Below, piece by piece: positions 1 to 9,474 of a DNA stretch of 64,000 nt. The notes beneath the pieces were generated by a model, which made no database searches, was not told the DNA's origin, and was given only the letters and a program-made list of their open reading frames with translations. This DNA is from Geopsychrobacteraceae bacterium. GTDB taxonomy: Bacteria > Desulfobacterota > Desulfuromonadia > Desulfuromonadales > Geopsychrobacteraceae. The translations under genes and the position numbers were made by a program. Every line of letters starts with the position of its first letter. Position 1 is the first letter of the stretch. The DNA is taken from assembly GCA_963662315.1 (NCBI GenBank), contig OY759353.1:2848001-2912000 (forward strand), written 5' to 3'.

Positions 1-442
1 AAAGACAACACCGCCGGGTCCCGGCCCGGCAGCCGGATTCATTTTTTCCAGCGATGAAAAAACGAATCAAAAAAATCTTTTAAGATCAAGGTAACTGACG
101 ATAGCTGTGTTGGGTTACGGTTAAAGGTTGCTGGGTGCAATTAACCGGCAGCCCACGCTGCTGTCGCAGCTAATGGGCAAGGGCGTCAGTTGGTGCGAAA
201 TGCTGTGGGATTATCGGTATTCGTTTTTAAATCCATTATCCATCAATAATGCGGTTCTGGCCATCAGGCACGCATTGCGCCGTCGGCCGGCTGGTTAGAG
301 GCTGGATATTCCCTTGGAGAACCGACGCCCGAGTACGGACCCTTTAAAAAAGGGCGTTTTGTGCTTACTATTTGTCGCCCGCCTGGGACAAATAGTAAGG
401 CGTCGTGCGGGGCGCAACACCGCGACCTTGCTTGTTTCATTT
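1..442. repeat. copy of a ~450-bp structured (REP/BIME/MITE-like) repeat unit, possibly continuing upstream of the window
   Basis: Near-identical to 5359-5800; perfect 13-bp stem CTTACTATTTGTC(364-376)/GACAAATAGTAAG(387-399) followed by a second GC hairpin. Confidence 0.9.
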
Positions 443-529
443 ATATACTGTTTCTGTTCGTCGGCTCACAGCTTTGCACTCGGGCTTCCTCCAGACCTCT
501 CCTCACGGAGACGCCCGTGCCGGGCGTAC
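441..529 (-). mobile_element. group II intron 5' fragment, internally deleted
   Basis: Matches the domain I region of the intact intron (3663-3840) and keeps the 5' end GTACGCCCG; 89 nt missing between two ACGCCC repeats. Confidence 0.85.
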
Positions 530-628
530 ACCAGACAATCAACCGCATGGAACAAGGCTAGAAGAAATTCGCAATGATTCTGGTAAATTGAAACGTATGA
601 CCGCCACCGGTTATCAAGAACCTTTGAG
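530..628 (+). other. degenerate attC site (intron target)
   Basis: AC-CAGACA-ATCAACCG...CGGTTAT-CAAGAACC pattern with an extrahelical base; R' GTT core mutated; homologous to 7251-7352. Confidence 0.6.
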
Positions 629-647
629 CACCAAAGGAAATATCATC

Positions 648-1601
648 ATGAACAACCACTATCGGAAACCGGTACTCCGTATTGTCACGTTTTTCCTCCT
701 ATACCTCTTTTTTTCCGCCGTGCTTCAGGCCTGGGCACAGACAGATGAAGGGACAGAGCCACGATGGAAGCGTCTCAAACAGATTTGGGAAACACAACGG
801 GAAAATAAGGAATCCGTAGTTAGCGAGGAATCATTGGGCGCAATGACGGCGAACATTCGCGATGGTGTGTTCGGTGGGCGCGAAATGTTGGTATATGTTC
901 CCCGTTCCTTACCGGTAGCGGGACGGCGCTCATTGCTGGTGGCACTGCATGGCGGTGGCGGCAATGCGCGTTTCATGCTGGATCACCTGAAAATTGATGG
1001 GGTAGCAGAGAAGAACGGCTTCATTGTCGCCTATCTCAACGGCTCAGCGGCAACCCGCATCGGCGGCAATAGATTAAAGGCCTGGAACGCTGGTGGTGGC
1101 TGCTGTGGTGAGCCTTATAGTGACAAGGTGAATGATGTCAGCTACATCACAGGTGCCGTACGATATTTGCAGCAGAAATATGGTGTTTCACCAGAGCGCA
1201 CTTTTGGTGTTGGCCACTCCAACGGTGCCATGATGATGCAAACCATGTCTTGCATTACCGATTTATTCAAGAAGGTTGCCACGCTGGCTGGTACGCTGAT
1301 GGCCGAAGTGTCCTCCTGTCCAGCGGCAGTAAACCATACGATTTACAATTACCACGGCGCATTGGACGTAAACGTACCGATAGTCGGAGGCTTCGGATCC
1401 AAGGGCGTAACCAATATCAATTTCACCTCTCAGGCCAAGGCCAAGGCGCTTTTTGAAAGCGCAGGTGGCCGTTATCTTCTACACGTGCTTCCTGGCGCCG
1501 ACCACTCCATAGAGCATCTGAGCCTGTCATCACAGAAACAGGATGGCCTCACCATAGGTGAACGTCTGGCACGCGACCTTGGCCTGGTACCAGTAAATTG
1601 A
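648..1601 (+). CDS. secreted alpha/beta hydrolase, LpqC/PHB-depolymerase esterase family
   Basis: ALHGGGG, WNAGGGCCG and GHSNG nucleophile motifs; signal peptide; AAGGA RBS before ATG 648. Confidence 0.8.
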   Translation: MNNHYRKPVLRIVTFFLLYLFFSAVLQAWAQTDEGTEPRWKRLKQIWETQRENKESVVSEESLGAMTANIRDGVFGGREMLVYVPRSLPVAGRRSLLVALHGGGGNARFMLDHLKIDGVAEKNGFIVAYLNGSAATRIGGNRLKAWNAGGGCCGEPYSDKVNDVSYITGAVRYLQQKYGVSPERTFGVGHSNGAMMMQTMSCITDLFKKVATLAGTLMAEVSSCPAAVNHTIYNYHGALDVNVPIVGGFGSKGVTNINFTSQAKAKALFESAGGRYLLHVLPGADHSIEHLSLSSQKQDGLTIGERLARDLGLVPVN

Positions 1602-1673
1602 GCGGGATATTGTTCCTTGCAGATTCATGCTTGCTTCTGTTGGTCGAAGAGCTCTCACAACACTTATCACGAC

Positions 1674-1938
1674 TCTGTCACTGCACAACCGCAGCATTTA
1701 CCAAGGTATCGTGAATCCGTGGGACTTCGTCATGGTGTGCTGACTTGCCCGGATACCCGGCCTTATATACTGTTTCTGTTCGTCGGCTCACAGTTTTGCA
1801 CTCGGGCTTCCTCCAGACCTCTCCTCACGGAGACGCCCTTGCCGTCGGCTAGTACTTTAATGACATCACACATGTGTGATGCTAGGATTCTACGTACAGG
1901 GGACTTTCACCCCATAAGATCACGCCCATGCCGGGCGT
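1674..1938 (-). mobile_element. older group II intron 5' fragment (its first 2 nt lie at 3841-3842)
   Basis: Near-identical to 3574-3838 (offset 1900); ends exactly at the 3' terminus of the intact intron. Confidence 0.9.
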
Positions 1939-3840
1939 ATCGGGTAGCCGGAGGTTTTGCTCCCCCAGCCCCCACACCACCCGGCATGCGGGTCCGCACC
2001 GGGCGGTTCGATGAAACTACCGGGCCGTAGCCGGGTAATGTCGCTTCACCCACAGGTCTTTGACAGAAACTAAACCCTGATCCTTCAGCCATTGGTTGGT
2101 CATGCCGGAATGTGCCGCCAGCCGGCGGGACATAGCCCACGGACCGTTGCGGTTCAGACCGGCCCGAATAGCGGTAAACCGTTCGGTTCCAAGAGCAAGC
2201 AGCTTCCGAACCTTGGTCCGGCACCAGCGCCATTGTTTCCAGTAGCACAACCGTACTCGCCGACGAATCCAGCCGTCGACCTCCGGGATATCGTGGTAAG
2301 CCTCGGCGATGCCGAAGTACCCCATCCAGCCCCGGATATAGGTGGACAGCTTGGCGAGACGATAGTCCATGGCAACGAACCAGCTGCGTCCGGTGTAGCG
2401 TTTGACGCGACGACGAAATTCCTTGTACGCCTTGTCACTCCAGACAATTTTGGATCCCTTGAAGGCAAAACCAAGAAAGCTGATGGCATCGCTGTGAGCG
2501 ACTTTGCTCTTGGCTTCGTTGACCGTCAGCTTGAGACGGGAGCTCAGATACCTTCTGATACTCCCCATGACCCGCTGCCCGGCCCGCTGACTTTTCACCA
2601 GAATGATGAAGTCATCGGCGTAACGGACAAAACGGTGACCACGCTTCTCAAGCTCTTTGTCCAGATTGTCGAGAAGGATATTGGCCAGCAGCGGAGACAG
2701 CGGACCACCTTGGGGAACTCCCCTTCGTGTCGCTGCTCTTCTGCCATCACTCTCGACCCCGGCACGCAGGTAGCTGCCAATCAGGGCGAAAACCCGCTTG
2801 TCGTGAATCTTTCTTCCCACCATGGTCATGAGCAGGTCATGGTTGACCGTATCAAAGAAGGAGGAAAGATCGACATCCACGGCAATGCGGTACCCTTGAC
2901 GCAGAGACCTTTGCACCTGCCGCACGGCCTGATGGGCCGAGCGACCGGGGCGGAAACCGAAGCTCGATTCCGAAAATTCAGGATCGAAGATCGGCGTCAG
3001 AACCTGGGCCATGGCTTGCTGGATCAGCCGGTCAAGAACGGTGGGAATCCCCAGCGGACGGGTTCCGCCCGTTGGTTTCGGGATCTCCACCCGCAGAACC
3101 GGCTTGGGTTGATAAGTTCCTGCCATAAGCGATGCTCGGATATTTGACCACAGAGGCCGGAACCGGTCCGGAAACGTCTCGATGGTGGTCCCATCGACAC
3201 CGGGAGCGCCCTTGTTGCTGCGCACCCGTTTCCAGGCCGATTGCAGATTCTCAGAGGAGAACATCCGTTCCAGAAGGTGTTGCTCGAAAGGAAGTTGATC
3301 CACAACGCGCTGCCCGGGCATTCCCCCGGTCGGGTTCGATATGTCGGACAAGCTCATGGGACTCCGTTTTCTTTCATCGTTCGGCCCTTCGGTGGGGTAA
3401 GGCGTCCGGGGTTCCCCCGGCTTGTTTCCAGTTGCCGGACCGCTTGGCGGCAACGTCCTGCACCTACTATGGCCTCTGCTGACTCCTGCCTCATCACGGC
3501 AGCCGTTACCAGATGTCGCGCCGGAACAAAAGAAACCGGCAAGCGAGACAGGTCTCCCCGGATAAGAACGTGATCTGTCACTGTACAACCGCAGCATTTA
3601 CCAAGGTATCGTGAATCCGTGGGACTTCGTCATGGTGTGCTGACTTGCCCGGATACCCGGCCTTATATACTGTTTCTGTCCGTCGGCTCACAGCTTTGCA
3701 CTCGGGCTTCCTCCAGACCTCTCCTCACGGAGACGCCCTTGCCGTCGGCTAGTACTTTAATGACATCACACACATGTGATGCTAGGATTCTACGTACAGG
3801 GGACTTTCACCCCATAAGATCACGCCCATGACGGGCGTAC
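1939..3840 (-). mobile_element. intact group II intron, class C-attC type (1902 nt)
   Basis: 5' GTACGCCCG; short class-C-like DV (GAACCGCCCGGTGCGGACCCGCATGCCGGGTGGTGT); DVI ending CTACCCGAT; RT ORF; inserted in the bottom strand of an attC site. Confidence 0.93.
2017..3357 (-). CDS. ltrA: group II intron reverse transcriptase/maturase (no endonuclease domain evident)
   Basis: NKGAPGVDG, RPLGIP, GFRPGRS, PQGGPLSPLLANI, YADD, FLGF and domain X; GGAG RBS before ATG 3357. Confidence 0.95.
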   Translation of the reverse strand: MSLSDISNPTGGMPGQRVVDQLPFEQHLLERMFSSENLQSAWKRVRSNKGAPGVDGTTIETFPDRFRPLWSNIRASLMAGTYQPKPVLRVEIPKPTGGTRPLGIPTVLDRLIQQAMAQVLTPIFDPEFSESSFGFRPGRSAHQAVRQVQRSLRQGYRIAVDVDLSSFFDTVNHDLLMTMVGRKIHDKRVFALIGSYLRAGVESDGRRAATRRGVPQGGPLSPLLANILLDNLDKELEKRGHRFVRYADDFIILVKSQRAGQRVMGSIRRYLSSRLKLTVNEAKSKVAHSDAISFLGFAFKGSKIVWSDKAYKEFRRRVKRYTGRSWFVAMDYRLAKLSTYIRGWMGYFGIAEAYHDIPEVDGWIRRRVRLCYWKQWRWCRTKVRKLLALGTERFTAIRAGLNRNGPWAMSRRLAAHSGMTNQWLKDQGLVSVKDLWVKRHYPATAR

Positions 3841-3842
3841 AC

Positions 3843-3909
3843 ACAAGGCGCTGCTGTCGGACAAATTTTCCGCAGCGCTCCAAATTTGCCGCAGAGCGCG
3901 ACGTTATGC
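3843..3909 (+). other. attC site (right part, split by introns)
   Basis: ACAAGGCG-CT(G)CTG(T)CGG...CCGCAGAG-CGCGAC-GTTATGC; imperfect palindrome with two extrahelical bases. Confidence 0.85.
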
Positions 3910-3927
3910 ATACAAAGGGATAGATAG

Positions 3928-4323
3928 ATGGGAATACTTTGGACTGTTTATCCGATAACTGAAGAAATGAAGGAATACTTGGAATCCGAAGGCGTAGAGT
4001 ATCCTGAGGTGTCGTCAACGTTCCCAAATGATGCGCAAATTAAACAGGCATTAAATGAGCTTGAGGGGGTTAATATAGAAATATCAAGCTCAGACCCAAG
4101 TAAGGGCTGGGGTGCATTCATTTCATCTACAAGCGCACCGGAACAAATTTGGGCTAATTTACAAGTTGATATTCTAGAAGATGATAAGTCACTTAGAAGT
4201 ATTTGGTTTGAAAAAGGTGATGAGAACTTAATAATTGCTTTCCTAAAGAAATTAAGTAAAACATGTGGGCCACAATCCTTAATGGCTGATGCCGGTGGTC
4301 CTCCACAGGTAATCAATGCATAA
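3928..4323 (+). CDS. hypothetical protein, integron gene cassette
   Basis: AT-rich 131-aa ORF bounded by GTTATGCA (3903) and its complement TGCATAAC, which contains the stop codon. Confidence 0.8.
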   Translation: MGILWTVYPITEEMKEYLESEGVEYPEVSSTFPNDAQIKQALNELEGVNIEISSSDPSKGWGAFISSTSAPEQIWANLQVDILEDDKSLRSIWFEKGDENLIIAFLKKLSKTCGPQSLMADAGGPPQVINA

Positions 4324-4389
4324 CAAGGCGCTCGTTCGGATGCAAACTACGCTGCGCTTCGTTTGCACCGCACAGCTTGGTCGTTAGCG
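4318..4389 (+). other. intact attC site
   Basis: GCATAAC-AAGGCG-CTCGTTCGG-ATGCAAAC...GTTTGCA-CCGCACAG-CTTGGTC-GTTAGCG; 72-bp palindrome. Confidence 0.9.
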
Positions 4390-4391
4390 CT

Positions 4392-4787
4392 ATGGAAGAA
4401 TTCGAAATAACAACTGACACGTCAACTATTGCGATCTTCGATTTAGAAGCTCTAAGGCATCGAATTGATTCAGATGGAGACTGGTGGACTTATGAAGGCT
4501 TTCCAGAATTAAAAGAAGAATTAGGGAACAATAATTTAGTCCTAATAAACACCGGAGATGATGGAACGTTTTCTGTAAAAGTAGATAAAATTAATAATCA
4601 ATCTAGTTATGTTCCACTTAATTGTCCTGCTGGTCGTATATATATTGTTTGCGGCGAAGAAATACCAGGTGAAGGGTTAGTGCCGGAACTATTGCGCGGT
4701 GGAAGAATAATCGAAACTGGTTCAAAGAAGGTTAATATTGGTTATGCACAAGAAGGTAGATGCATTGCAATTGAAGTTAAGCGCTAA
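4392..4787 (+). CDS. hypothetical protein, integron gene cassette (resembles DUF6386 from memory)
   Basis: AT-rich ORF bounded by GTTAGCGC and GCGCTA|; motif TDTSTIAIFDLEALRHR..DWW. Confidence 0.75.
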   Translation: MEEFEITTDTSTIAIFDLEALRHRIDSDGDWWTYEGFPELKEELGNNNLVLINTGDDGTFSVKVDKINNQSSYVPLNCPAGRIYIVCGEEIPGEGLVPELLRGGRIIETGSKKVNIGYAQEGRCIAIEVKR

Positions 4788-5148
4788 TCGGGTAGCCGGG
4801 GGTTTTGCTCCCCCAGCCCCCACACCACCCGGCATGCGGGTCGCTACCCAAGCGGTTCGATGAAACTACCGGGCCGTAGCCGGGTCATGTCGCTTCACCC
4901 ACAGGTCTTTGACAGAAACTAAACCCTGATCCTTCAGCCATTGGTTGGTCATGCCGGAATGTGCCGCCAGTCTGCGGGACATGGCCCATGGACCGTTGCG
5001 GGTCAGACCGGCCCGAATGGCGGTGTACCGTTCGGTGCCAAGAGCAAGCAGCTTCCGAACCTTGGTCCGGCACCAGCGCCATTGTTTCCAGTAGCAGAGT
5101 CGTACCCGTCGACGAATCCAGCCATCGACCTCCGGGATATTGTGGTAA
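4787..5148 (-). mobile_element. group II intron 3' fragment (DVI, mutated DV, IEP C-terminus)
   Basis: Homologous to 1939-2299; 3' end sits at GCGCTA|(AC) in the attC R'' core; DV carries substitutions. Confidence 0.9.
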
Positions 5149-5158
5149 AGCATTTTTA

Positions 5159-5911
5159 CGGTTCTGGCCATCAGGCGCGCATTGCGCCGTCGGCCGGCTG
5201 GTTAAATGCTGGGATGTTTCCTTGGAGAGACGAAGCCCGAGTGCGGACCCTTTAAAGAAGGGCGTTTTGTGCTTACTATTTGTCGCCCGCCTGGAACAAA
5301 TAGTAAGGCGTCATGCGGGGCGCAACACCGCGACCTTGCTTGTTTCATTTCAATTATAAAAGACAACACCGCCGGGTCCCGGCCCGGCAGCCGGATTCAT
5401 TTTTTCCAGCGATGAAAAAACGAATCAAAAAAATCTTTGAAGGTCAAACACACTGACGATAGCTGTGTTGAGCTACGGTTAAAGATTGCCAGGTGCAATT
5501 AACCGGCAGCCCACGCTGCTGTCGCAGCTAATGGGCAAGGGCGTCAGTTGGTGCGAAATGCCGTGGGATGATCGGTATTCGTTTTTAAACCCATTATCCA
5601 TCAATAATGCGGTTCTGGCCATTAGGCGCGCATTGCGCCGTCGGCCGGCTGGTTAGATGCTGGATATTCCCTTGGAGAACCGATGCCCGAGTACGGACCC
5701 TTTAAAAAAGGGCGTTTTGTGCTTACTATTTGTCGCCCGCTTGGGACAAATAGTAAGGCGTCGTGCGGGGCGCAACACCGCGACCTTGCTTGTTTCATTT
5801 CAATCATAAAAAACAACACCACCGGATCCCGACCCGGCAGCCGGATTCATTTTCTCCAGCGATGAAAAAACGAAGCAAAAAAATCTTTGAAGGTCAAACA
5901 CACTGACGATA
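5159..5911. repeat. tandem 450-bp structured repeat (~1.7 units)
   Basis: Period 450 (5341 vs 5791); two oppositely oriented double-hairpin elements per unit. Confidence 0.9.
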
Positions 5912-6037
5912 ATTGATTCGGTCTACGCTTTATTGAAACGAAAAAATCGATCAGAGGGGAAATATGAACGCTACTTTTAATTGCCTTCCTCTCCGGGAGG
6001 TTTTCCTACACTCTCGTTAGACATCAAGGACTGATCT

Positions 6038-6475
6038 ATGCGCGGTAAATGTCTCTGCGGCCAAATCGAATTCGAGATCATTGGCACGGTTCCAAAACTG
6101 TACCAATGCCATTGCTCCCTTTGCCGAAGGCAAAGCGGGTCGTCGTCAAACACGGCGACCATTGTGGGAAATGAATATTTCCATTGGCTTGCTGGACAGG
6201 AGTATATTTCTTCTTGGGTTAAGGCTACAGGGTTTCGTTCCGACTTTTGTTCCAAGTGCGGCTCCCCTGTACCAAACCCTCTTCGAGCCACTCCCTATTT
6301 CTGGGTTCCTGCCGGCCTGCTTGATGGTGAATTCAAGACAGAAATTGCAGCTCATCTATGCGTCGGATCAAAGGCATCGTGGGACATCATTTCGTCGAAA
6401 GGAGCTCAATATGAATCAATACCAGAAGATCTATCACTATTCATTGAGTATCTGCACTCCAACGCCGATGCCTAA
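6038..6475 (+). CDS. GFA/CENP-V family protein, gene cassette
   Basis: GKCLCG, CHCSLCRR and FCSKCGS zinc motifs; bounded by GTTAGACATC (6016) and GATGCCTAAC. Confidence 0.9.
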   Translation: MRGKCLCGQIEFEIIGTVPKLYQCHCSLCRRQSGSSSNTATIVGNEYFHWLAGQEYISSWVKATGFRSDFCSKCGSPVPNPLRATPYFWVPAGLLDGEFKTEIAAHLCVGSKASWDIISSKGAQYESIPEDLSLFIEYLHSNADA

Positions 6476-6523
6476 CCCTGCGTTCGGGGCGACCCGCGCA
6501 GGAGCTTCAACTTCACGTTAGGC
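6470..6523 (+). other. short or internally deleted attC site
   Basis: GCCTAAC...GTTAGGC cores intact; central palindrome poor; 54 bp. Confidence 0.7.
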
Positions 6524-6688
6524 CTCAGAAGCAGCAAGCAGAAAAGCGCTCGTAAAATCATACTCTGGTGAAATCCTGAATCAGGACATGGAACGGCTGA
6601 AAAAACAGCCCTAATTTTAAAATTCAATCTCGAACTGTAGAAAAACTGGAAATTTGGATTTTTCTACAGACTTGTTGAGTGACATATA

Positions 6689-7192
6689 ATGAATTCAATA
6701 CAGAAGTATAGTGAATTGGATATCTATCTAAAAGATACCAACCATTTTGACGTAAAAATAATTGATGGCAACTCAAGTTTGAGAAGTTTTATTTCAGGAA
6801 TGCTCTCATACTATCCTTGGTGGTTGTCAGCTCTGTATAGAATCAGAGGGATTATCGTTAGCCTTCTTGGATTAAAAAAGCATGAAACCCCAGATTTTTT
6901 GCCAAAAATAAAGCCAGAAAATCTTGCCTTTGAATCAGGGAAAAATGCGTCTTTTTTTATAGTCCAATGTGCCAAGGAAGACATCTATTGGGTTGCTGAA
7001 ACACCAGACGACAAACATTTAAAGGCATACTTTGGTGTTGTAGCTGAAAAACTGGATAAAAATCTTACAAGATTTCATGTTTTTACATCAGTCAAGTATA
7101 TACACTGGACTGGACCCGTGTACTTCAATTTGATTCGTCCTTTTCATCACTTTGTTGTATCGAGGATAATGAAAGCTGGAATTGATCAATAA
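6689..7192 (+). CDS. DUF2867-like protein
   Basis: P.WL..L..IR..IV, DKHL and G.VYFNLIRPFH motifs. Confidence 0.75.
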   Translation: MNSIQKYSELDIYLKDTNHFDVKIIDGNSSLRSFISGMLSYYPWWLSALYRIRGIIVSLLGLKKHETPDFLPKIKPENLAFESGKNASFFIVQCAKEDIYWVAETPDDKHLKAYFGVVAEKLDKNLTRFHVFTSVKYIHWTGPVYFNLIRPFHHFVVSRIMKAGIDQ

Positions 7193-7250
7193 CGACGGGC
7201 TTCATCTGTTGAACCGGTGATCCACTATCTACCAAGGAGTCCTGCACGAG

Positions 7251-7352
7251 TATCAAGCGCATCAACCGGAAGGAATGGAGCCAGGCTAAATTTGCAAGAG
7301 TTCAACTAATTTGAAACGCATGACCATCACTGGTTATGCAGAACCATTAGCC
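7251..7352 (+). other. degenerate attC site (both cores mutated)
   Basis: TATC-AAGCGC-ATCAACC...GGTTAT-GCAGAACC-ATTAGCC; TAAC>TATC and GTT>ATT; homologous to 530-628. Confidence 0.6.
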
Positions 7353-7367
7353 ACCGGGAAAATAACT

Positions 7368-7958
7368 ATGGATAATTTACTTCTGAATTTATTGTCTGAG
7401 CTTGAGCAATTTGGCCTATCAAATGATCAATTAACCAGCACCCGTTCGAAACGAATGTTAAATATCACTCGTGACACTGGTGAGTTCTTATCGGTTCTCG
7501 TTCGTGCTACAAATTCTCAGCGGGTATTAGAAATAGGAACATCAAATAGTTATTCTACTCTTTGGCTTGCAGATGCCTGCTCCGCCATTGGTGGAAGAGT
7601 CAACACTGTCGAGCTCTCTGAGCACAAATTCAATCTGGCCGCACAAAATTTCCAACGCAGCAATCTATCTTCAGTAATTGAACAGGTTCACGGTGACGCC
7701 GGCGATCTCCTTTCCGAAGCAAAAAATTGCAGCTATGACTTCATTTTTCTCGATTCTGAAAGACCAGAATATCCAGGCTGGTGGCCCGATTTAAAACGAG
7801 TCATTCGGCCGGGCGGGTTACTTGTTGTTGACAATGCCATCTCACACTCAGATGAAATGACACCATTTATTGCACTTGTAGAATCAGACCCAGACTTCAC
7901 AACAAGTTTAGTCCCTGTTGGCAAGGGAGAATATCTTGCTACACGTTCAACGCGCTAA
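7368..7958 (+). CDS. O-methyltransferase (Methyltransf_3/COMT-like)
   Basis: VLEIGTS.SYST, YDFIFLD, PGGLLVVDN. Confidence 0.88.
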   Translation: MDNLLLNLLSELEQFGLSNDQLTSTRSKRMLNITRDTGEFLSVLVRATNSQRVLEIGTSNSYSTLWLADACSAIGGRVNTVELSEHKFNLAAQNFQRSNLSSVIEQVHGDAGDLLSEAKNCSYDFIFLDSERPEYPGWWPDLKRVIRPGGLLVVDNAISHSDEMTPFIALVESDPDFTTSLVPVGKGEYLATRSTR

Positions 7959-8127
7959 AAGCAACTACACAGCAAGCCGGTTTCGGATTTGGCCAGAGGT
8001 GGCCTCAGTTGGCTGGACAGGACAACGGATGTATACTTATGCCGAGCAAAGAGTTGTAAACTTCGGTGCGAACCATAAGAGGTACATCGCCACCGAGTAT
8101 TCGGCCGGGCGGAAGGAGAAATGAACG

Positions 8128-9012
8128 GTGGTCGAGACGTTTCATATAACGAGTGGCGACATAGCCGGAGGGAGTCTTGAAAAATCCGGGCTGCCCGGTG
8201 AAGTATTCGTCTGGCACGACATCCTTTATGATGGTCCCCGGTGTCCTGGTTGGCCCGACGAAAAGACCTTCAATGCCCGGGCGGTTTTTCTAGAAGAAAC
8301 CACCGCAGGCGGTTTGGACAGACAGCGCGTGCTAGAAACACTTGGCAATCAGTACCACAAGTTGGCACAAGCAGCGAAGAACAAACATATCGTCCTGTGG
8401 TTTGACGCGTGTTTGTTTGATCAGTCCATGCTTGCCCATATCCTTACATGCCTGAAGCTCCAAGGTGCTCGAAAAGTGGAGTTTCTCTGTGTTGACGCAT
8501 TCCCTGGCATCGAGCCATTCCACGGACTCGGTCAGTTACAGCCCGCGCAACTGGCTTCTTTGTATGGCAAGCGTCGCCTTGTCACCGAAACTCAGTTCCA
8601 ATTCGCCGTTCGGGTCGACGAGGCCTTCGCTACCCAGGACTCGACCGCGTTGACGGAACTCTCCAAGACAACCAACGCTCCATTGCCTTGGATTCCTGCC
8701 GCCGTCGCCCGTTGGCTGCAGGAACGTCCTGGTCCTGTCTCTGGGTTGGGGAGGCTTGAAGAACTCGCACTGACAGCAATTCAAGCCGGATGCGAAACGC
8801 CAAGCAAAATCTTCACTTCCGTAGCTGCTGCCGACACCCCGCCCCAGTTTTGGGGAGATATAACTCTTTGGGCAAAGATCAATGCGCTCGCGGCACATGA
8901 GCCTCCATTGGTGAGGATCGATGGCCCGAAGGACCGGTTGCCTCAATGGGAAAGTACGGTTCCTCTAAATGCCTTTACAATTAAAGCATTGTCGACCCAG
9001 GGCTTTGAGTAG
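8128..9012 (+). CDS. DUF1835-like protein
   Basis: HITSGD.AG, W.D.LYDGP, IVLWFD..LFDQ; AGGAG RBS. Confidence 0.7.
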   Translation: MVETFHITSGDIAGGSLEKSGLPGEVFVWHDILYDGPRCPGWPDEKTFNARAVFLEETTAGGLDRQRVLETLGNQYHKLAQAAKNKHIVLWFDACLFDQSMLAHILTCLKLQGARKVEFLCVDAFPGIEPFHGLGQLQPAQLASLYGKRRLVTETQFQFAVRVDEAFATQDSTALTELSKTTNAPLPWIPAAVARWLQERPGPVSGLGRLEELALTAIQAGCETPSKIFTSVAAADTPPQFWGDITLWAKINALAAHEPPLVRIDGPKDRLPQWESTVPLNAFTIKALSTQGFE

Positions 9013-9079
9013 AACGCGCAGATCATTGTCAATCTGCATGATGGCACGTGTCTCGTCGAGAATAAATTGAGGATAATAA

Positions 9080-9458
9080 ATGCCTGCTCAAGATAAAATC
9101 ATGAAAAATGTCCTCCTTGTTGGGGCAAGCAGAGGTGGAGTCGCTTCCATAAAAATCGCAGCGCCATACCGAGAACAGTTGTATCGTTGGTGTCGTGGCT
9201 GTCTCAGTTCCTATTGAATATGAAGGAACTGTCTTTTACAGCAAAGAGGAATTGAGCAGTATTAAAATTCCTAAGCTTTTGATTAATTCGGAACGTGATG
9301 ATGGGGCAAACGACACACGAAAAATGTTCAAACTATTTGAAACTCCCAAAGACCTGCTATTCTACCCAGGAGATGCCCACGGCACAGAGCTTTTTGAGCA
9401 AAAAGATACAGGATTTCACAAGGGCTGCGTTTGGAACAGCACGCGATTAATTCAATGA
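9080..9458 (+). pseudogene. truncated, frameshifted alpha/beta hydrolase
   Basis: LVGASRGG (GxSxG) in the frame from 9080; KIPKLLI..D and YPGDAHGT in a different frame (9195-9458). Confidence 0.6.
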
Positions 9459-9474
9459 GAACCAGGAGCAATCT

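Noticed and set aside
405..647. N-terminal extensions of ORFs 405..1601, 2017..3597 and 7311..7958
   Set aside because: The extensions run through repeat, intron RNA or attC sequence; better starts lie at 648, 3357 and 7368.
2017..3357. RT as a retron, DGR or defence RT diversifying the immunity array
   Set aside because: It has domain X and is enclosed by group II intron DV/DVI and a 5' terminus; no TR/VR pair with adenine-specific differences was seen.
314..5865. Small ORFs within the 450-bp repeat and intron RNA (314..577, 361..561, 1617..2030, 3619..3831, 5206..5415, 5683..5865)
   Set aside because: They are translations of non-coding repeats, with starts and stops not conserved between copies.
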